Of a DNA stretch of 64,000 nt, positions 33,901 to 43,698 are shown piece after piece. Origin of the DNA: Mantamonas sphyraenae STR306 (Eukaryota; Protista; CRuMs). A model generated the notes under the pieces. The model searched no databases. It had not been told where the DNA came from and saw only the letters and a list, made by a program, of their open reading frames with translations. The stretch is taken from positions 124,001 to 188,000 of the forward strand of contig JAPMXV010000051.1 of NCBI GenBank assembly GCA_026936335.1. Reading direction: 5' to 3'. The position numbers and the translations under genes were made by a program. Each line of letters opens with the position of its first letter. The first letter of the stretch is position 1.

Positions 33901-36638
33901 CTCGCCTGTTCAGCGACACCGTGACTGCCTGCACCGAAATCAATCCCACCAAAGGCGACGCACCCGCAGGCCCTACTGCAGGCGACTGCGTAAAGTCGGG
34001 TGACTCACACACAATGGCGTGTTGGGTGGCACTTGTGCCCGGTCCACTGCCCGTCCCCGCCGGTTGCCACACGCAGGACTTTGCGTACCGCACTCGCTTC
34101 TGAGCGTCACGGAAGCGCATGCGAGGTTCCACGTCTGTGGGCCACAGGCCGGGCGACAACACGGTGATCGAGGTGTTGCCCACGTTCAGGCCATTGGCAG
34201 GCACAAGTTGACGCCCTCCGGCCGTGGCCAGCGATTGGTCGTAAAACACAAAGGTGCCTGGCACACGCTGGTACTGTTGGCCATTGAAGGACACATCCAG
34301 CAGGTATGGACCCGTGCGTGTGTGGTTGACCCCCTGCGTCACATCGGGGGACACACAGGCAAACGCAGTGCTGCTCAACGCCATCACATCTGTGTTGGCG
34401 ACGCCGTGTACACCGGTGCCGTGGTTGGGTCGCCGTCACGCAACACCTTGGTGAAGCGACACCGATGGCCGTTACCCGTGGTCAGAAACGCACTGCCGCG
34501 CATCGTCACAGCCAGCCTCCCGTTCACCTGGACACTCGTCGGGTAGGGTCTGTCCAGCGTCGTGTTGTAGTAACTGTATGTGCGTCGGGTGTACCCTGCA
34601 AACACACCGAGATCGGCCACCAGCTCCACCACACGGACCCCGTTTGTGTCGTAACGAGGCATCGTGCACACCTTGCGTGTCGCCGTGCCACCCGTGCACA
34701 CAAACGACTCGGTTTGTCCACCCTGCGTCACGTAGAACGTCTGCGACGCCCCAAAGTTGGCACCGTCAATCGTCACCACCGTGGCCCCGTCTGCAGGGCC
34801 CGACACGGGCGACACACTGCTCACTGCCGCAAACGACACGTTGCACACGGTGAGACCACTCTGCACATTCGACGTCCCAAACGGACACCGGAAGCACGAC
34901 ACCACATCCCTCTCCCTGGAGTACTCTCCAGGGGGACACTGAGCACACGTGGACCCCAGAAACCCACCCTCCTCACCCGGTGCACACGACCCACTCATCA
35001 CTGTACGCCCCCCCCCCACCCCCCACCCCAATTCACCCGTAGTGTGTGTGTGTGTGTGTGTGTGTGTCAGCATTCCCGCTTTCCATCCCACACCAACAAC
35101 GCCACTTTCCCCCCCCCCTCCCACCCCACAAACTCACTCAACACGCGTCCACTTCCAGACGACGGACTATCATACCCCGTGGCTGCCATGAGAAAGACGC
35201 CTCGGTCGTCCACCTGCACCATGCGTGAGCCCATGTACTCATATCCGCCGTAGTACAAGGCATCGGTTTGACCCCAGGAACCGGGCACCATCACCTCCCC
35301 AGAGGGAAAGTACCTGCCCAACATCACCATGCGTCCACGACTGGAACTGTATGCAGGGCAACCCAACAACAACGTGTCGTTGGTATGCATGCTGACACCC
35401 ACCGAGTGTCCACACTGTGCGTTTGCCCCCGCCGTCGCCACCGCCACCTCTGCCGTCCCGTAGCTGTCTGCACCCACACGCAACACACTGACAGCAGCCC
35501 CAACGTTGTTGTTGTTGTTGTCCACACGATGGTAGGGACATCCCATGGCCACCAGCCATCCGTTGGTGGCCACACTCGACCCACACTGTCCGTTTGCCAC
35601 CCCACTCTCCAGCTTGTGGACCAAGCCCCATGCGTCTGTGCCCCCGTTGTGTCGATGGTAGATGTATGCCACTCCTTGTCCCTCTGTGCGTGCCCCCACC
35701 ACCAACTGGTCCCCTTTGAGCGCCAAGGCCCCGCCAAAACGGGCGTTGTTGGGATTGTTGGCTGTGGAGGACAACACCAACACGGGTTGGCTCAACACCA
35801 CCTGACGTGGAAGGGGCACCTGTGTTTCCACCGTCACATTCACACATGTGGTGTTGATGCTTGTGCTGTTGTTCACCCACATGCCCAGCGTGGCGTTGTA
35901 CTCGCTGTGGTGCACCGTCGTGTTGCTGCAATTGGCCACCACACTCAGCTTCGTTTCAAACTCCGTTGTCGCCGCCATTCCCGTCAGTGTTTCGTTGTAC
36001 GTCAGCGTGCGATACACATACACCCTTCCCTGTCGACTCGTCTCCTCCGGTGCTCCCACAAACACATGGTCGCTGTCCATGGCCAGGGCCGCCCCAAAGT
36101 ACCCGCCCACCACCCCACTGCTCAGCCGTTGTCGCACAGGCCATCCGTACTCACGCCTCTCCCAGTACCCTCCCGTGCCATTGACCACAAACTCGTTCAC
36201 GGTGTTGTTCGCCTGTGTCGTGTTGTACAGATACACCGCCCCGGCCTCCGTCGCACGCGTTGCCCCCACCCCAATCACCTGGCCCTCACCACCCACAGAC
36301 TCTCCAAAGAATTGGTTGCTGCTCACACGATCCTCTACAGGCTGTTCCGCCGTATCAATCCATTTCCAGTCTCCGGCCGTCTCCCCACTGCCTGTGCGCA
36401 CGTAAAACTCTGCCCGCCCTTGCTGCGGCATATCCCCATCCGCTCCAGGCGCCCCCACCACCATTCGGCTCCCGTCGCTCCACATGCTTCGTCCAAACTC
36501 TGCAAACGAACCCGTAAACGGATTGGGCAACGTTGCCACCGAAGCATTGACCCTGTCCACCGTCACCGTGCACACAACCAAGGCCACCACAAAAAGAAGC
36601 ACTTCCCGTGACGCAGCTGCTGTTTTCCGGTTCTTCAT
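30905..36638 (-). CDS. Large surface receptor, paralog 1: signal peptide, FG-GAP propeller, IPT/TIG, Cys-rich repeats, multipass TM domain, C-terminal SH3; exons 36638-35138 and 35000-30905, with a frameshift near 34387
   Basis: FG..VVGAP, FG..VFVGAP and FG..LVVGAR repeats; SPVSGPADGATVVTIDGANF (IPT); CxxCxxG repeats; FGVLYDRYRAEWYWYEVVNLLRK; SH3 VLFAYD...EGDVV...EGW...GFVPSNYV. Intron 35001-35137. Confidence 0.8.
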
Positions 36639-36763
36639 CCGCGAAAAAAGATTGGTGGCACCTTGGCATTTGTTTCTTCACATTCATCACCATCATCATC
36701 ATGATCATGGTCATGACACCCACACCTCACACAGCATACTGCAGCAGCAGCTGCACACACCTC

Positions 36764-38658
36764 TCACGAGCTCAAATCCTTCAGGAACTGCTCCACCTCG
36801 GAATGGCCCTGACGCACGGCATCGTCCAAGGGCGTGCCACCCCAACGGTCCTTGGCCGACGGATCGGCACCCACCTTGGTCAGGTAGCGCACGGCGTCCA
36901 TCTGACCCTCACTTGCAGCCAGATGCAAGGCAGTGCGCATGTCGTAGTCGGCGTCGTTGACATTGACACCACGTGCGACCAGGTTGCGCAACTGGTCTGC
37001 ATCTCCCTCGGCCGCTGCCCACAGCAGGTCGATCACCGCACTGTGCTGCAGCTGTCGCTTGCGTCCACGCGGGTCCTTCTTCTTCTTCTCACCACCCTCC
37101 AGGATGTCGAAGCAGTGGAAGTTGAAGCGCGTGAGCAGCTCCCTGTAGAAGGCCACACCACGCACCGAGTTGCCCTGTGCGTCCAGACGGGGCGAAAACG
37201 TGGCAAACCCAGCCACGCCAGGCACCACCGCAAACACACAGCCTCCCACACCACTCTTGGCCGGAATGCCCATGCGGAAAGCCCACTGACCACTGTAGTC
37301 GTACATACCACACGACAGCATCAGCGACAGGCACATCTTCACCGTCTCGGCCTTGAAAATGCGGTCGCCCGTCAACGGGTTCACGCCTGCGTTGGCCAGC
37401 GTCGCCGCCATAATCGCCATCTTTTCGCATGTCACCTCCTGCGAGCACACCTGGAAGTACGTCTCCAGCGTCTGGATCATGTCGCATCCGTCCGGGAACG
37501 CCCCACTCTCCTTCATCATGTAGCCCAGGCAAAAGTTGCGGTCCGCCGTCTCGCGCTCGCTCAGGTACGTCGAGTTGCTGAAGCCAATCTTCTTGCCTCC
37601 AAACAGACGCGTCCAGATCTTGGTCATCTCCGAGAAGCGGTCGCCGCTGTTCAGGTCACGGAACAGCATCGACACGGACATGATCGCACCGGCGTTGATC
37701 ATCGGGTTGTGCGGCAGACCACGCGGGTTCAGCACCATCGAGTTGAATGCCACACCAGACGGCTCTGTGCCAATGTGCCTCTCCACCTCATCGGCACCCT
37801 CCTGCTCCAGCGCAATGCAGTAGGAAATGGGCTTGGAGCACGACTGCACACAAAAGTCCACGTTGTAGTCCCCATGGTGGAACTGCTGACCAGACACCGT
37901 GCACACAGACACGCCAAACTGCTCCGGATCCACCTCGGCCAGTTGCGGGATCTGTACACACGCACACACACAGCCACAGCCACTCCGAGTGTGAGCGTAA
38001 CGTCCACGCAATTCCCTTCCGACGCTTTTGCTTGACACGCCCCCTCACCCCACCCACCCACAACCCTTGCACTTACGTAGTCTGCGTTGGCGCCATCCTT
38101 GATGGGCTCCACCTCGTCAAACACCTCCACCACTTCCTCGCAGAACGTCTCGAAATCGGGGATGGTCAGGAACCCACACAGGGCCTGGGCAATCAGGATC
38201 TGTCCCTCCAGCAGCTCCACAAACTGGTCTTCCGTCAGCTGCGTCTTGTGGTCGTAATCCTTGGTGCTCTTGCGGAATTCCTCCAAACGCGGGTCTGAGT
38301 CCAGCAGGCCACATTTGCGAACCATGATGGCCAGGTCATAGAAATTCAGCGTCTCCTCGCCTTGCGCAATGGCCGAGAAGATGGCCTGTGTGCACGTGAG
38401 CGCCTTGGCGTCAGTGTTCCCCTCATTCTTGCCATGCTTGCGGCCTCGCGTGTCCACCCGTGGAAGGTTGGCTGGGGAAAAACGTGGAACCTTGCGAGAA
38501 AAACAAAGGCCCTCGCTTAAAATGCAACGCCGGCTCCTTTTGTCTCGCGGGTCCCCTCCGCACGTGCCACACCACCCCACACTCACCTTAGCCGACAGGT
38601 CGGGCAGATCTTCCTGCGCGACAACAGATTTGGGGTTGGACAATCCGACAGTGGTCAT
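36764..38658 (-). CDS. GLS: Glutaminase, animal kidney-type architecture (EF-hand-like N-domain, catalytic domain, C-terminal ankyrins); exons 38658-38587, 38385-38077, 37951-36764
   Basis: GANADY|IPQLA across intron 37952-38076; QSCSKP (catalytic SxxK), EPSGVAFN, NPMINAGAI, SCGMYDYSGQWAF, PAKSGVGG, SPRLDAQGNSVRG; ankyrins DYDMRTALHLAASEG and DRWGGTPLDDA. Confidence 0.95.
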
Positions 38659-38804
38659 TTCAGACGGGTAGCTACTTTTCTTTCGTGTGAGAGGGTTTGA
38701 GCTGGCGCCGCATCCGCGCAGTATTTTTGTGACAACTGAGTCACACGCGCGGCGCCCACGCAGCCACACGCACACATCCGTCCACACACTCTCCTTGACA
38801 GGAC
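38659..38804. promoter_or_regulatory. Putative bidirectional promoter between the glutaminase and ammonium-transporter genes
   Basis: 146 bp between divergent ATGs; inferred from geometry only, no specific motif identified. Confidence 0.5.
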
Positions 38805-41152
38805 ATGTCGGATCCCTCGTGTATCAACAATGGCGACACCGCCTGGATGCTCACTGCCATCGGGTTGGTCATGCTCCAGACCCCCGGCATGGGTCTGACC
38901 CAGGCGGGCCTCATCCGCCGCAAAAACTCCCTCTCCATGCTCATGCAGGTCATCATGGGCCTCATGATTGGCTCTATCCTCTGGTGGGCCATCGGTTACA
39001 CCCTCACCTTTGGTCCCGATCAAGGTGTACGTTGTGTCCCTTCCCCCCCTCTTTGGCCTCGTATTCTGCGCAAGGCTCTTTGCGAACATGCACCGCCCTC
39101 CGCACGACCCTTCGCAGCCCTCGTACGCCCTCCCATGCCGTTTCCGGCCCCCGCCGTCCATCTGCCATCCACTGCATGCCATCGACCCACCCCATTCCAT
39201 GGGCCTTCCACGCACCCTCCCTCTGCAAGTGGTCGCCTGCGCTCCCGAGCCCGCCCACAGCTTCCAATTTTTTTCCCCGCGCTCGCATTTCCTGCGACCC
39301 GCTCGTCCCATGGCCCTCCCCTTCACCCGGGCATCACCACTGACCCAAACCAACGGCCTACGTGTCCCGTACGCCTGCCCCCCTGTGTTATACAGGGCTT
39401 CATTGGCGGTTTTGAGAACGCATTCTACATTGGCGTGCCCATCCACGGGTGCATTGAGGGCCAGTCGATCCCTGGCGTTGTGTTTGCCACCTTCCAGATG
39501 ATGTTTGGTCTGATGGTGCCTGTGATCATCACGGGTGCCTGGGCCGAACGTTTCCCCTTTGTGGCATCGTTGTGGTTCTTCTTCTTGTGGCCCATCTTTG
39601 TGTACTACCCGCTTGCCCACTGGGTGTGGGGCGGTGGCTGGCTGGGCTCCTTGGGTGTCATCGACTTTGCAGGTGGCATCACCATCCACACCAACGCCGG
39701 TGTGGCCTCTCTGGTGGTGGCCAAGATGCTGCACAAGCGCAAGCACTTCTTTGAGATCATGGATTCCCACCACAACATCCCGCTCACCGTCGTCGGTGGC
39801 GCCATGATCTGGTTTGGCTGGTATGGCTTCAATGGAGCCAGTGGCCTCATTTCCGACGGTCTTGCCGGTCAGGCCCTGCTCAACACCCACATGGGTGCAT
39901 GCACCGCAGGTATGGTGTGGGTGCTCATGGCCTACCTGAACGACCATCACTTCCACCTCACCACCGCCCTCAACGGTGCCTTTGCCGGCCTGGCTGCCGT
40001 CACCCCTGGATCGGGGTACATGGAGGCATGGGCGGCTGTGGTGACTGCGGCCCTGGCTGCAGTGGGCTCCTACTACACCTCGGACTACCTCAAGGGCCGT
40101 GTGCATCTGGACGACGTGTTGGACGTCAGTTCGCTGCAGGGCACGGCTGGCATGATTGGGTCCATCTGTGCAGGACTGTTTGCCACGCAGACGGTGAACG
40201 CCGCGGGTCCCAACGGCGCCTTCTACGGCAACGGCGCCCTGCTGGGCTACCAGATTGTGGGTGTGCTGATGGCCATTGTGTGGTCTGGCTTCTGGACCTA
40301 CGTGGTCATGAAGGTCATCGAGAAGATGGTGGGCATCCATGTCAGCTCGGAGCTGCAGGAGAAGGGTCTGGACTTTGCCGAGATTGGCGAGAGTGGCTAT
40401 GCCCTGGAGGACATGGAGGCCGGTGTGGCTGTCATCAACGAAGCTGCGGCCTCGGGCAACCTGGCCAAGCTCAAGGATTTGCGTGATGCAGGTGCCATCA
40501 TTGACACCAGCGATTACGATGGCCGTTCGCCCCTGCATCTGGCTGCCAGCCAGGGTCAGTCGAGGTGGTCAAGTACCTGTTGGATGTGGTGCACGTGGAC
40601 GCCAACCGCACCGATCGCTGGGGTGGCACTGCCCTGGCAGACGCCAAGCGATACAACCACCAGACCATTGTCGAGCTCCTGGCACCCGTCACCACCGTCA
40701 CCGAACAGACCGAACGTGTCTCTGTCACCGAAGTCTGCGAGGCTGCCTACCGTGGCGACCTGGAACTGCTGCGTGAGTACAAGAGCCGCGGTGCCAACCT
40801 GCAGCTGGGCGACTACGACGGACGCACCCCGTTGCACTTGGCCGCCGCCCAGGGTCACATGGACATTGTCACCTTCCTTGTGGAGGATGCCCATGCCAAC
40901 CCGTCCCGTACCGATCGCTGGGGTGGCACTCCCCTCAAGGATGCCACCATGTATTCCCACCAGGACGTGGTGGACTACCTGCAGCCCCTCACCATCCTCA
41001 CCGAGGACGCTGTCCCGGGCAACGATGACATCCTTGACCTCGACGACCATCACCACGTGCCCGACGGTGCCCTCCATCCCGTTGCCATCCATCATCGCGA
41101 GAAGCGAGGCAAGCTCACTGCCTTTGGTGCTGACGATGATGTCGTGGAGTGA
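38805..41152 (+). CDS. Amt/Mep ammonium transporter fused to two C-terminal glutaminase-like ankyrin modules; exons 38805-39026 and 39396-41152; 1-nt frameshift at ~40559
   Basis: GDTAWML, FQMMF, ITGAWAER, AHWVWGGGWL, DFAGGITIH, WFGWYGFNGAS, NGAFAGLAAVTPG, LDDVLDV. The ankyrin ORF 40565..41152 joins if one G is restored (ggt cag [g]tc gag gtg = GQVEVVKYL). Confidence 0.9.
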
Positions 41153-41337
41153 TCCTCGGGCGATCTCTCTGCTCGTCCTCTCCCCCCCAACCCCACCCCC
41201 ATACCAACACAGACACCATACAGACGGAGAGCGAGAACAACGAGAAAGAGAGAACAGAGAGAGAGAAGCGCACATGCACAATGAAAAAGGCAATGCTCAC
41301 CTCTGCTCAGTGCCAGCCAAACCATCACACGTCCCAC

Positions 41338-41685
41338 ATGGCTGACTCTGAAAGCAAGGACACCACAACAACGACGCAGAGCACCAAACCATCCGCATCG
41401 CCATCCAGCACCAGGCGGAGCCGCTTCTCCATGAGTCGTGGAGGCAGCGGACGGTTTGGGCTTGGGCGACGGGCCAAGGAAGACGAGGAGGCGGAGGTGG
41501 AGGACGACAACGACACCAAGGACACACGCAATGGTGATGATGGAGACAGAGAGGAGATGGGAGAGGAAGAGGGTAGCAGTGGTGGTGCTGTGGTAGACAC
41601 CACCAGCCAGGGTCAAGACGGAGCAGGGATTGGCAACTCGTCCTCGTCCTCCTCTTCCTCGTCCTCTTCATCCTCCTCCTCTGCC

Positions 41686-41717
<32 letters not shown>

Positions 41718-43639
41718 CCAACGCACAGCATCCCCATTCCGAAACACTCGCCAGGACACACGTGGACAGTCGTCCGATTTGAGTGCGTCGAGCACGCGAC
41801 GCAACCAGCAACCGACGCTTTCGCGAGAGCAACGGCTTGCGCGCCTCGATCAACTGTACCCGCCTGAAACATGTGAGTGAGCACACGGAGAACACACACA
41901 TACGCGGATTCCTGCCATCCATCCACATGGGCACCCATTCACACCCTGGCACACGTCCACAGATGCCCACCTGATCAAGGAGGTGGAAGACACGCCGCTG
42001 GAACGTGTCCGGCAGAAATTCAAAATGATTCTCCTTCGCCAGAGGCTGCAGCAGGCCGAGTTTCTGGAAGCCGACCAAGTGAACATGAAGAGTGGCTTCC
42101 GTCCATCCACTTTGTGTGAAATCGAAAAGCAGGGTTACAGCATCGACAACGTGGTCATTCCTCAGCTCAACGACGAGTGTCTGGGGTTCACCGACCTGGA
42201 ACTCGACCATGAGACGCAACACGTGAGTGAGACAGCGCCCCATCCCTTCTCCCTTGCCTTCTACCTCTCTCTCTGTGTCTGCCCTTGATCCCATTTTCAT
42301 GGTCGTACTGACTGACAAGGGCATCACCCACCACCACCACCACCACCACCACCACCACCACCACCACCACCACCCACCACAGCTCGTGCGAAGGCCACAC
42401 CCCACCACATTTCGTGCCACGGTCCTTCACGCCGACTTTATCCCATTGCCACCACCGGCCGATGCACGCAACAGTGAAAACGGGGCGAGTCTGCCGGAAC
42501 GGACGATTGCCCATCGCAAGGTGCGTGTGGCGCTGTACAACCGTGCGGAACGGGTGGAAGACAGGGAGTTTTACGGCAATGTGCACTCCATCCGTGCCAC
42601 GTACGCCAATGGGGAAAAGAACACGTGGAAGTTCCTGAAACGCGGGGTGGGTGACACGTCCATGGAGGCCAAGTTGAACGAAAACAGCTGCCTGGTGCGC
42701 ACGGAACAGGCCCACGAGGAGCTGTTTCTGCTGTTTGAACTGATTGTGGTGTATCGTGTGCGTGCCCCGTCCCTGGGCAACACCCTGCCCGACCGTGTGG
42801 GCTACATCTATCAGGAGTTGAGTTGCGGCTGGACTGCGTTGCCCCTGTACAACGAGGTGCAAGGGGCCCTGGAGCAAACGGAGTACAAAACGTACGAGTT
42901 GCCCCTGTACGGAGGCACCCCGTTCGACAGCGTGGGCCAAGACGCACCCAAGATTGACGAGAACATGAGTGAGGCGTACCAGAACGTGCTGTTTGCCAAG
43001 ATGCGCAACAAGACAAACAGGCCCATCCTCAAGGTCAGACTCAGTGCCCTCAGTCTCACCGACCGCACCGACGCCTCCCTCCTGCCCGACTCCATCATTT
43101 GTGCCCAGAGCACCGTCGGGCTCATTGTCTACTTTCGCGAACTGCTCATTGACGCCCTGCTGGTGAACATGACCAGTGACACCGCCGAGGAGATGGGTCT
43201 CCTGCACGATCCCGTCATTGCCACCTTTCCACGCCTCCTCATCGAACCCGACCTCCTCGAGGAACTCAAAGTCCAGTGGGATGTGCGCTACAAGAACCTG
43301 AAGAACGCCGAGCGCAACTCGGGTCGCATTGTCAAGCGTGTCTTTCGCGATCTCGTCCTGGAGTTTTGGCCCCTCACACGCATGCGCGACCTCGCCGACT
43401 TTCGCTACGCCGACGAAAAGGTGCTGGCCCAGCGTGACCAGTACTTTGACGCCTACAACAGCAGCAGCATGGAGGAGAACCTGCTCAGCAACACAAACGG
43501 CTTCATGTACCGTCCCTTCAACACCAGCGAGATGGTCTTTGACCAGGCCGAGGCCCAGCACAACCTGCGTCGCATTGGCGTCCACCACCATTTCCATGAC
43601 GTCGAGGGCGGACAAGACGCCAACGCAAGTTTCTTGTGA
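41338..43639 (+). CDS. NPHP1: Nephrocystin-1-like ciliary transition-zone protein (C-terminal nephrocystin homology region); exons 41338-41872, 41963-42222, 42383-43639
   Basis: GFRPSTL, RKVRVALYN..GNVHSIRAT..TWKF, LFELIVVY, ELSCGW, KTYELPLYGGTPF, LLPDSII, VYFRELL, PVIATFPRLLIEPD, YRPFNTSE match NPHP1 as I recall it. Introns 41873-41962 and 42223-42382 give in-frame joins. Confidence 0.8.
42328..42380 (+). repeat. (CAC)n microsatellite inside NPHP1 intron 2
   Basis: Direct reading; lies between a CTGAC branch-like motif (~42308-42316) and the acceptor AG at 42381-42382. Confidence 0.9.
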
Positions 43640-43640
43640 T

Positions 43641-43674
<34 letters not shown>

Positions 43675-43698
43675 ACGATTGAACGATTGAATGCACAT

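Noticed and set aside
40565-41152. Stand-alone ankyrin gene
   Set aside because: It begins in the middle of an ankyrin repeat that starts in the Amt frame; one missing G at ~40559 joins them.
42227-42382. Poly-histidine tract at the start of ORF 42227..43639
   Set aside because: Falls within the GT-AG intron 42223-42382; it is a (CAC)n microsatellite.
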